From assembly GCA_043228905.1 (NCBI GenBank), contig JBHGNT010000017.1:3596001-3660000 (forward strand): a DNA stretch of 64,000 nucleotides, given 5' to 3'. The DNA comes from Azolla caroliniana (Eukaryota; Plantae; Polypodiophyta). The position numbers and the translations under genes were made by a program. The notes below the pieces were generated by a model, which searched no databases, was not told the DNA's origin, and saw only the letters and a list, made by a program, of their open reading frames with translations. Of the stretch, positions 25,780-37,731 are shown piece by piece (the stretch's first letter is position 1; each line of letters begins with the position of its first letter).

Positions 25780-27035
25780 GCATTGTAGGCAACTTTGGAA
25801 TGAGTCATGGACAAAGACTCCTATTAATGAGTTTGTTTTGGTATAGTCTGAACTCACATGTTTTGTAAATCTCATCAAAATGATGGTAATTGCAGAAGTG
25901 AATTTGGCAATGTTGGTTCTAATAATATCCAACAAAATGCTCTCACTGACCATGCCAAAACTAAGACACATAAAGAAGCCAAACAATCGTGCAAAGTAAG
26001 AGAGTTACCATCACAGATGGTGTGGATAAACGTACCACAATTGTTGATGGAAGTTATGATTACTTTGTTTGGAAGCACAACCATATGTTATTCTGAAGCA
26101 TAACATGTCTTCGCTTGGATAATATTGTGTCTTTACAGGGAACCCGATGGGGCTGCATCAATGATAAGAAGGATAACTAGGGTGGCTACAAGGTTACGGA
26201 AATGTGGTCCATATATGCATGCTATCAATGCATTTGTATAGCACATAATCTGACTAAATTTGTGCTTAAGGAAATGTGGTCCATATATGCTATGAATGCA
26301 TTTGTATAGCACATAATCTGACTAATTTGTGCTTAAGGAAATGTGGTCCATATATGCTATGAATGCATTTGTATACGACATAATCAGACTAATTTGTGCT
26401 TGGCTGATGTTCTCAATGATATCACGAGAAGTTTCTCTGATAATCCATTTCAAATTGTGTTACTCTTACATCACTTCCAGAGGAGTTTGAATGCAAACCA
26501 TTTAAAATGAGCCAAATTCATTGCGTTATATGATTGAGCCGGTCAACATGTGAACATAAGCTTTGTGAATCCTAAGAGCGATTTTTCGGTCTATGTACAA
26601 CAGAATAATCCTGGTCTTTTGGCAAAAACTCAAGCGACATGAAAATGATTTACAGTATCTTCTCCTTGTCAGAGATATTTTGAAGAGATTGGCTTTTCTC
26701 AGTACAACCTTTCAAACAGATTATACTGATGTTACTTCTGTAATTGGTCTAACAAAAAACAAAGATATGAATGATTCAAGTGTGATTTACCTGATGACCA
26801 TGAAGTGGACATGACTGCAATTTGAGGAGATTGGCTTCTCTTAATATAATCTTTCAAACAGATTATAGCGATTCCACTTCTGTAATTGATCTAAAAAAAA
26901 CAAAGATGTGAACGATTCGAGTGCAATTTACCCCCATGTCCTTCGTTTTTTTCCAGGTAGCTTGAAACCACTTTTTGAACTTAGGCCTGGGAACAGAGCA
27001 AATCATGTACACATCATTTCTCTGAGCTTGTACTG
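25780..27035 (+). mobile_element. Degraded hAT (ZNF862-like) transposase remnant
   Basis: FCKS...GSNNIQQNALTDHAKTKTHK zinc-finger-like segment, DGAASM..RVATRLR..PYM..H motif region, and DILKRLAFLSTTFQTD. Heavily deleted and frameshifted. Confidence 0.65.
26198..26401. repeat. Tandem repeat, 3 x 67-72 bp
   Basis: GGAAATGTGGTCCATATATGC...TTTGTGCTT units start at 26198, 26270 and 26337. Confidence 0.9.
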
Positions 27036-27222
27036 ATAGATCTTGCCATGACAGATTAACTCGTGCAAAGATCCATGGTGCATAGATTTCGCCATGACAT
27101 ATTAATTCATGCAAAGATCCAAGGGGTATAGATTTTGCCATGACATATTAACTCATGCAAAGATCCATGGTGGATAAGATTTCACCATGACATATTAACT
27201 CATGCAAGGATCCATGGTGTAT
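27036..27222. repeat. Minisatellite, 4 x ~46 bp
   Basis: Unit ATAGATTTYGCCATGACATATTAACTCATGCAAAGATCCATGGTG repeated head to tail. Confidence 0.9.
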
Positions 27223-30200
27223 CCCAGAATCTATTAGCTAATAGAAGTAATACCACACTATCTAGAATATTGGTTATTGGCCAAATGTAGACAGAAACAA
27301 ATGAGGAACTACCCTAAAGTAGGTGGCATTACCCTATAGGAGGCGTCTCGGGCCCTCGGCATCGGCTAACGATGCCTAATGGGCTTGTAATGTGAAAGGT
27401 ACTGTTTCGGGTTTCCAACTTGTATGAAAAGGACAAGTGCTCTGAAGTAAATGGTAACCTGCCAATGCCCCAAAACTACTAGGGCTACCTTTCAGTTCTC
27501 CGTGTTCTTTTCCCCTTGTATCCATGACAGAACTCCACGTTTGGGCATCAGTGGTGTAACAAACATTGGTTGATCTTTTTGGAAGGAAGCACACACTCAA
27601 AAAAATTATAAGGACAAGAAGAAATGCTAATGTAAATTGACATGTTGATTAGAAGCAACTACTCCCATGATTCGAGCGCGACTTATTATTGGTCGTGAGA
27701 TCGTTGTGGGGTGTTTTTCACTTTGACCCGTGAAGACTAGTTTGGCACACAAAAAGAAAGTTTGTTGTGCTTATCAGCCCAATTGATATAGCCAACAATG
27801 TTTTCAACTAGAGCCATTTTTTATGGTTCATATAGATTACATGAGTATTTGAGTTATTTTATATCTTTTACATTGGGTGGCTTATCACAATCAGGATCTC
27901 CTGTACCCAATCAAAAGCCCCTATGTAATCTTGATCACTCTCATTTTCTTTATTTTTCTTATCGAATGTGGTTCTTCGTAATTATGTTATACCAATAATA
28001 GTTTTGCTATATAAGTTCTGTGAATGCAAAAGAACGTGTCTATCTAAATGGGAAGTCCATACATTCTAGATGAAATTGTGGAGGGTTGGAAATCATAGAA
28101 TTTAGTGTCAAAGTTTACTTAAATAATGGGTCCAAAATATTGACTTTTCAATCACATATACATAATACGAGATGTATTCTCCTCTACGTGCTCCCATACT
28201 AACCTGCACATACCATGCCCTTGCCTTCTATTACTCCATACCATGTCATCAATGCCTCCTATGAACAACATGACCTCCACCCTCCTAAGATAGAAAGGCA
28301 ATGGAGGGTAGAAAAAAAGAGATGATTACATCGCCAATTGTTTCTTCTAAACAACCACTCGAATCAACATACCCTATAACCAAAATCAATTGTTCATATG
28401 GTTCTAGTTCCTTGTTGATGAACCTTGATATGATCACATACCTTTGAAGAGTTCTTGTGATTTTGCTTAGCCTCGTATCATATTTTATTCATATTTCTAG
28501 GAAAGTGTAAGAAGGTTGATGTCCTTGTGAATCCCCCCCTCCCTCTGAAAGCATAATCAAAATCAGAACCCCTTATCATTCATTGTCTTCTAATTAGTTG
28601 TTGTTGATTATTAAAATAACCCCAAGGCTTTGAATCTCTCACCATTATGTAATATCACTTAACCCATTTATCAACTTATGTGTTCTTGCTTGTGAGGCAA
28701 TTTTGTTGCTTTTTAAAATGCAATCCAATTATTTTTGAGCGGAGGATTACTTTCCTATTTTCAAAAGCAAAGCATTAATGTATATACATGAACTAAACTA
28801 AAATATTTGATATCTAGTTTCATATTGATACTTTAGATTGGCCTTTTATATTCATTTCCAAGGTTGGTAGATGTAAAATCATGAAGTCATTATTCCTGGA
28901 GCCAAATGTTCGTGTCAAACCCAACATTTTGATTTTAATCATGGGCAATATGAAATACATATATTGGTCTTGTACCTAAGCATTTAACAAGGTAACCTTT
29001 GAAACTAAAAGAAATGAACAAATCCTTAAATTTGGTGGGGTATCTTAAATCTTTGTATATGTGTAGTAAATACAATCTTTGCATGTGATGCTTGAAGACA
29101 ATCCACATTGTTGCTCTAAGTGGGAAATCTCATTATGAGATGCACATTGTAAGCTCCTTGTAGATTTTGTAACCACAAGAAGCATTTTGAACAGAAATGG
29201 CAATTGTGAATATTCCTCTTTAATATAGGGATTATCACAAAGCAATCTTAGAGAGAGAGAGAGAGAGAGAGAGAGTATATCAAGGAGCCTAGCAAAGAAT
29301 GATTGGCTCAAACGGGTATTAAGGTACTTGTGGTTTATAGAACACCTCATGATTTCTAAATGCTCCAAAAATAAAAAATCTAGCCACTAGAGCTAGAGAT
29401 ACAGAAGCGTGAGTGTCACCTACTTGAAGGTAGTATTATTGTGTTTCAATCATTAGAATGTGAAAATTGAACTGGTAAAGCCATGTTTTAAGGACAAAGC
29501 ATATGTTTGCGTGATCTTGTTTCAACCCTCACCCAAACATGTGAAAGGTTGACCAAAAATTGATCTATTGATTAGGTTTGAGCTCATGACATTAAGGATA
29601 TTGCATTGTTGGTTTAACACACAATGCCATTATTGAACTTTTGAAACAGGACAAGTGGAGCAAACATTTTTATTGTAATTTGGAATGATAGAGAATGATT
29701 GAAGTTTACAACCAAATCAAAGCGAGTGATATTTCCTATCAATGGAAGACAATATCATGTGTGATTGTTTTCTCTCAAACAAACAATAAAAATGGATCTA
29801 TGCCTTATTTACTCCACCCTTTAATAAATTGTAATGACATGATTAGGGCTGATGGCATTTAGGTAGAGCTCAAGCAACATTGGATGGAAGCGTAGATAAC
29901 TTGCAAGGCTAATAAAAGAAGATGTCATTTCATTGACATTGATGAGCTGCTAATGAGTAGAACAAATTAACTTGCCAAATCCTCAAGAGAGACAACACAC
30001 ATTATGTATTACATGTCATTGTTAACATGATGTTCAATGATGTAGGTGTAATCTAAGGTATTGATCGTTGCCTAGAAATTCACAACAAAACGTTTTCTAA
30101 TTAAAATTTGAATTGCCCATTCCATAAGGGTGGAATTTTGTTTCTTCTTAGCTTTTCATTCCCTCTTGGTCATGACTAGGGTTTGATGGTCGTTTGTAGA

Positions 30201-31059
30201 CACATGATGATTAGGCTATAGATAAGGAAGAATAGTCTCTTATTAATAATAACTAAGGAAACCATAAACCTTGTTCATATATAAGGCTCGCTAACATAAG
30301 AAACTACTAAGCACTAACAAGAGGTGTTTGGCAACATCCCAAGCAATAGACTAGATCAACTTTTTAATTATTGCAATGGGCTACCAACCCGCACGTGTGT
30401 ATAATTACAAGGTATTAGGGTAAAGTAGGTTTATTACAAACCACTTTTTCCACGATGTACTTTTCAATCTAGCTAAAGAAAACGACAAATTCCAAGGCAA
30501 CCAAATTTCACTAGGTTACTTGGACCTGTCAACGTCATGTTTTTCAAATGGGGATGTTATTCAATTGTAAAAGTAGGGCCACAACATAATATGCAATTCT
30601 GACGAAAAGATGTTGTAGATATCTACATGGTTTGCATTGTTTCTTGTTTATATATGCAAACATAGTTTGGTCTCATGACTCGTCCATGAGTATTTGTGAG
30701 CCAATGGCATTTTCATTGTTCCCGAATGTACTCCTAATAATGTTCACTCTGAGGGGGCCGATGAGAAGAGAACATCTTTCTTGTAGATAATTCTGAGCGC
30801 ATCGTCAAGAAAAACATGTCGTGGATATTTCAAGCGCGTTCATTTTAAAATAAAAAACGAGCGCAATGGTTTCCTCGAACAAGAAGGGCCAAATGTAATA
30901 ACAATATTTTTTTTTCACTTTACATTGTATGTATGTGGCCCAAGGTGCTGATTCTTGAACCTAACAACACCCACTTTGGCACTTATGCAACATTATAATT
31001 ACTTCGTTGCTTACTACTTATTGAGTGTGTGAAAGACTGTTACTAGTCCTGGTGAGGTG

Positions 31060-31136
31060 CACACACACCCACACACACACACACATATACCATGCATGCA
31101 CACATACATTCACAAACACATGCATACATAGCTACA

Positions 31137-31178
<42 letters not shown>

Positions 31179-31229
31179 CCCATGCATGCATGCACACATA
31201 CATTCACAAACACATGCATACATAGCTAC

Positions 31230-31268
<39 letters not shown>

Positions 31269-31401
31269 CTACCATGCATGCATTCACAAACACATGCATA
31301 CATAGTTACATATCCCTCTCACTCACACACATACACCATGCATGCACACATACATTCACAAACACATGCATACATAGCTACATATCTCTCTCTCTCACTC
31401 A

Positions 31402-31458
<57 letters not shown>

Positions 31459-31545
31459 CATGCATGCATGCATGCACACATACATTCACAAACACATGCA
31501 TACATAGCTACATCTCTCTCTCTCTCTCTCTCTCTCACTCACTCA

Positions 31546-31607
<62 letters not shown>

Positions 31608-31772
31608 ATACATTCATACACACATACATACAAAACATACTTACGTACGTACATACAATACACACATACAATACATACATACATACACACACATACATAC
31701 ATACATACATACATACATACATACATACATACATACATACATACATACATACATACATACATACATACATAC
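31060..31772. repeat. Compound minisatellite: 5 conserved ~43-bp cores separated by variable (CT)n(CA)n tracts, followed by (CATA)n
   Basis: Core CATGCACACATACATTCACAAACACATGCATACATAGCTACAT at ~31095, 31189, 31281 (partial), 31341 and 31471. Confidence 0.9.
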
Positions 31773-32409
31773 CATTCCTTATGACATCCATATATGTATG
31801 TACATACTGGGCACACATGTGGTCTGCTGCTACTGCTACCTGGTAGTAGTAGTAGACTGTAATGCAGTCTAGCAGCTATGGCCTGCCTGCCTCTGTCGAA
31901 AACTTCAAAGTGAGTTAATAATCATTGAAAGAAGCCTCAAACCATTTTTAAAAAACTAGCAGAGAAACATACAGAAATGTTAAATGAATGAAACTCTGCT
32001 CAGGTATACATAGATTCTCGATCGGTGCAGAGTATCTATGCTCTCTCTCTCTCTCTGTGTTTGTCTAGACTCTAGATTCATGGTTACACCGCCTTCAAGC
32101 TTTTCTTCCCTCCTCCTTTAATGTGCCCAATGCTCTTACTCTAAATCATAACTATAGTTAGAGCTCTGTGAATCTGTTTACTGGAGCTTCTTCTTCACCC
32201 TCATGGTCAATTAAAACCCACTTATGCTTTGCGTTCACTTGACAACAGATTCTTGTTTCTGTTTCTTTGATGTGGGTACTTCACATCCGGATGTTTTCAT
32301 TCCAGTTCAGAATGTTTTTCAGTCTGCCTTAGCGGAACTAATCTACCGATCAATCTGAACCATATCCATAGTCCCTTCTGAGAGAGAAAGAGAGAGAGGA
32401 TTGTTGGTT

Positions 32410-35400
32410 ATGGGAAATATAGTGGCAAGCTGCACATTATTGTTAAGGGACGCAGATGAGAAGGATCTTCTGGTGGCCATCGGAGAAGGGAATCTTCAGC
32501 ATGTTAAGACTCTTCTTGGCCGAAAGCCAAATCTTGTCAATGGTTGTGTGAAACAATGTGTATTGCCACTACATCATGCCGCCTCTCTAGGCCAATCTGA
32601 TGTAAGTATTGATTGATCTTAATTCTCTTTCAATTCAATTTGGTGATGACAGAGATAGACTTTTAGTTCAATGTGGCGATGCTATATAGATGTACGCCAC
32701 AATTTTTTTTAGATGGATGGATTTTTCAATGCCGTCTATTGCGTTAATATAGACTCTCTTAATCAAGGTTATGTCTAATAAAAATCCACTTAACAACATT
32801 CGTTATGCTTAAACAGTGCCAGTGCATTGTCCCTGGGATTGATATGTACTCCTAATCAGGGTTATGTGTTAATCTTGATTCCTAATTATTAAGATTATGC
32901 ATATGTTAACATGACATTGGAAAAGCTTAAATGGTATGAAGAAGATCGAAACATTCTTCTGAACATCATTCTGTAAAATTGATATTGCCAAAGAATGTTA
33001 TCTCCGAATTTGGTTCCGATCATCACTAGTTTTAGGGAACTTAAAAGTACAAGGGCTATGTCACTGAAATGCACAAAGGACCTTAATAGAATAGACCTAT
33101 AGAAAGCTCGAATAGTCGGCATATATAACATGATCGGTGCATTGCTTCTTCATTACGCTAGATGACATGCAATTTTAGTACACATGGAGGTTGATTACCT
33201 TATTTAAATCATCATTTTGTGGAGCTATATAAGCTAGGAGGCTATGTTGCACATATGCATGAAGGATCTTGTTAAATCCCACTATATAGCTGCTGGCTAA
33301 GCTGTAGAATTTCACCAACTTGTATGATGTGGTGTAGGTTCTCTCTCTATTATTGGCAAGTGGGGCAAATGTCGATGCATTAAACCATCAGAAACAGGTA
33401 CCAGAAACAGACAATGATGTTTTCTTTGTTTCTCTAGCAATAAAAAGCAAATTTCTTTATTAATGCTTAAGATTTGTTTTCCGGTTTCATACTCCATCAG
33501 ACTCCATTAATGCTTGCTTGCAAGAATGGCAGAGCAGGTTGTATTGAAAGATTGGTTGAATGGGGAGCTAATGTGAGTGTGATGATTGATGCCCTTACTT
33601 TTCTGCATTGAGGCTAAAAACCCAAAATCTCTATTTTTACAAACTACAACTTTAGTTACTGTGTTTCTTTTATATGTAGGTCCTCATGTTTGATGCGTCC
33701 CATGAGCGTACATGTGCTCATTATTCTGCAAAATGTGGCCATTTACAATGTCTCCAGATAATCCTGAATTCAGCTCAATCATCCTCAGTTACTCAAACTT
33801 GGTAAAATAAACATTTCCCAACCTCCATAAGCTGCATAATCTGTGTTAGCACGGATGCCATAGTTCATTTACAATGCTCAAACATCGTGCCTTAAATTGA
33901 ACGAGTGTGAATGCTGACACCATAGTTCAAAATTTTATGTGTTCAAATCAGTCTCCACAAGTATTATGATGTGCTGCTCACTATTAACATCATTCATTTC
34001 CATTATCCATTATTTGTTTAATGTGTTGGTCACTATTACCATCATTCATTTTCATTGCAAATGAAAATATAACCATGTATGCCTGTAGGGGGTTTGCTCG
34101 GTTTGTGAATGTTAGAGATGGAACTGGAGCCACACCTTTGCACCTTGCTGCCACCTCTTGTCATCCTGAAATTGTCCGGCTACTCCTAAGTAAGGGGGCT
34201 TTGGTTTGTGCAACAACAACAAAGATGGGGAAAAATAGGTCTATACAACTTCTCACTTTAATTATCTATAACTCTTTCAGACTTCTCATATCAATGTGAT
34301 TTAGAGATTGTCTTAGATTGTCTAGAAAAGGTTCACTCATGCATTCAACGCTCCGATCTTACGAATGTTTTTTTCAGCCTTGCTCTTGGGAGTACACCTT
34401 TGCACTTTGCAGCCCGCGGTGGGTCTACGGAATGTATAAAGGAGCTTTTGGCATATGGGGCAGATAGATTGCAAACAAACTCCCAAGGGTATGACATGAT
34501 ATTGAATGAATGCGAGAGCCATGTTGATGTGATTGATGTTAGGGAAAAACATCCCTAAGTTGTTGGTTATTTGCCAGAATGACCCCAAGTTTCTAAGACC
34601 CTTCTGTTGTATCAGTGCTGTTGTTTTTCTCTTGATTTTTTGAGGAATCTGTTTTTGTTTGTTTTAGAGCTAAAGCTATCAATTCAACTTTTTTTTTATA
34701 GGCGTACGCCTTTTTATATAGCGATGAAGTACCGGAACTTCGCATGTGCGGCTCTTCTTAATCCGATGATTGCTGAGCCCTTGGTGTGGCCATCTCCATG
34801 GAAATTCATGAATGATCTTGATCCTGAAGCTAGAGTTTTATTAGAGGCTGCATTAGCCCAAGCCACTCATGCTTGGGAGAAGCAGATACTCTCTCAGGGT
34901 GGGATTTATAAAACATTTTCCAATGATATACTGAAACATGTCAAGGAGGTTTGTTTTAAATTAGTTTGTCATATACACAATTGAACACTTACAACACTGG
35001 ATTTATGCACATTAATGTACAATCATTTGAAATGATGAATGTAGGATGATGAAGACAAAGACCAAGAGGAAGATGAGGATGAAGACCAAGACCAAGATGA
35101 AGAGGATGACTTGAAAGAATTGTGTTGCATTTGTTTTGAGCGAGATTGCACCATCGAAGTTCGGAATTGTGGACATCAAATGTGTGCCAGTTGCACGTTA
35201 GCTTTGTGTTGCCATAGTAAACCCAACCCAATTGTTCAATCCTCTCCTTCTCCGGCATGTCCTTTCTGTCGCTGCAAAATCGAGCATTTGAAGCTAGCAA
35301 GGCCCAAGAGTATAGATGGGCATGGTCAAGGGGACAAGGAAGATGAAAAGCAACAAGTGGAATGTATTGGGAAGGATAAGGACAAGTTGGTCACTGGGAC

Positions 35401-35545
35401 TAATTTCATGGGACTGGTTAGTAAAGGTTCATTTCGGTTACTATCATCTGCAAGAGCCTCAAACAAGGTAATTGATCTAGATTGGCAAAAGGAGAGCTCC
35501 TCAGAGCAAGAGATACTTGCCTCTGAAATTACTTGCTCCACATAA
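32410..35545 (+). CDS. XBAT31: Ankyrin-repeat RING-HC E3 ubiquitin ligase, XB3/XBAT31-like, 8 exons, ~484 aa
   Basis: Exons 32410-32601, 33338-33397, 33501-33572, 33680-33801, 34089-34238, 34378-34488, 34702-34948, 35045-35545. All GT-AG and in phase (1455 nt). MGN..C N-terminus, ankyrins (TPLMLA, TPLHLAA, STPLHFAARGGS), AEPLVWPSPWKF, and RING CCICF...CGHQMCASCTLALCCH...PACPFCR. Confidence 0.93.
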
Positions 35546-37731
35546 AAATCTCTCAAACCCATATAGAAAGGTGCCAAGGTTTGGGGCTTAAGGAGAAGGT
35601 TTTCGATATGAGTTTGAAGTCCGCGTCGTTATAGATTCTTCGCGGACGTGTAACATCATCCTATTGGAAAACACAAAAAATCCCCGAGTGTTGCAATGTG
35701 GTTAGGTCTGAACAAAAACACCAGCTATGTTTGATTGATCTCTCTTAATCAAGTATCTAGCCTCAACCCAAATAGATGCCATCCTTATGACAAAAGAGAG
35801 AATATCCCTATGCTTAATCGACCAGCCACAATGTCTATTATGATCTTGATATATCGTGCTCATCGCCTATTCTACTTTCGTGGTCATAATTTTGGAAGTT
35901 GTCATCATTTTACCCCTTTGTATCATAATGAGATTGTTGCATAAATTTGCTATCACCACTCTTTTGCGATGTGAATGATTTCCAATCACCACTCTTTGCC
36001 ATGTAAATGAAGGAAATTATGTTAGCTACATATTGACATGGCTTGATATTTGTATCCTTGAGTGGAAGTCATTATTAGTGATAATTTTGGCTATATCTTA
36101 AACTCTATAATGATAATTGCACCCATGTTGAGTATGAGAAGCCATTATTGATGATATTGGAAATGCATTGAATTATGATGGGATTAAGATAGATGCCCGT
36201 GCAATCTTGTGTACTGCAATTGTTATGCAATTGTTAGCCATGTCATGTAGATTACCCATGCTCATTATTTCCATTGTAGCACACACATGATGTGCATGGA
36301 TGATTTCCATCATTGTCCATCTGAAATGGACTTCTTGGAAGATGATTTAAGACCCTAAGGCATGATTTAAAAGCATGTGAATATTTGAAACCGAGGTTAC
36401 TTTCCTTCATAAATGACCACTATGATACAATTCTCTTTAGTAGGGAGTATGTTATGTGGATTCTTCCTAACCTTAGAATTCAACAAGTCTAGTGATTGAC
36501 ATTGTGGAAAACCACATGATTGGCCACAATATGGATAGCTATGGTGGGTGTATTCTTATGGTTTCATGGTCATGTAAAGTACCATTTGGCATAGTAAATT
36601 ATATACCCATTCTCTTGCCAATTGATGAGATACAACTATAGAGGGTTGTTGATTGGGTGTCCCTTTACTTTACTTGATTGTTACATTAATTTCTATAATT
36701 GCACTACGTCCTATCATGGTGGCTTACCATATACTCTTTATATGAGTTATGGTATCTTATTTGTAAGCCACTATAATGTATGGATGCACCTATTTAAACT
36801 CTTTTATTAGCATTTCACTAATGATGTTGATTGTACTTAATCACAATACAATTGAAGAATTACAATTTGTACTAATAACATTATATTTTACTTCTTGTAT
36901 TCTTCGTAATATCTTGGCAATAGAATATATGAGGTTATTGATATGTTGTGTTGAAAATTAAAAAAACTATGCTATCAAGTAGTTAATGTAGATTTCAGTA
37001 CAGATAAGAGAACGTGTGATACATGTGGAATGATACAGTTTCATTATTGTGGACAAATGTACCTTACAAATCATGTCAAGAAGAAAACACATTGTGTACT
37101 ACAATAGAGATGACTTGTAAGCATGACTAACAATAGAGATGAGAGAATGTGTACTACATCTAGAATGGAATGGTAAAGTATTGTAAGTGTGTTGATTAAG
37201 GCACCTTCAAAAACATGTCATGGTAAAACACATTAAGGATATTAGAAGATATTAAGTACAAATAACAACATAGGTATGATCACAAACCTAAAAGCAGTTC
37301 AATCAGTATATGGAACACAATGTTTATTTGAGATGCAACTATAGGTTATGAGGTGACAATTTGTGTGACATGTCAAATGTGTACTTAAATATGCTCATAT
37401 AGGTGGATGACCTAGTATATTACAAAAGGGACTTTTGGCCATTTTATTTATTTATGCAATTTTAATCGATGCACCTAATTGAAAAGAACAAACAATATCA
37501 TCATCACCAAAAGCTAATGTATCATTTGGTAGAGAAATTTGTTAGGCTTCCTTTTGTACCATTTATTGAGCACGTTTAGTAAAAACAAATATGGGCGATA
37601 TAGAAAGCACACTCCTTTGCACAATTAGCTATTGGAGAAAAGCACAACTCCACAAAATAAATATTATTTTCACTATACAAATTTGAATTCTATTAGAGCA
37701 TTTTTGTAGTGTGTGCAATTATCTTTAAATA

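Noticed and set aside
27036-27222. CRISPR-like appearance of the 46-bp array
   Set aside because: Units are contiguous with no unique spacers, there are no cas genes, and the context is eukaryotic.
31025-31818. His/Thr-rich 230-aa ORF and overlapping MYVC-repeat ORFs; also a repeat-spacer look
   Set aside because: These are translations of microsatellite DNA, and the spacers are just (CT)n(CA)n.
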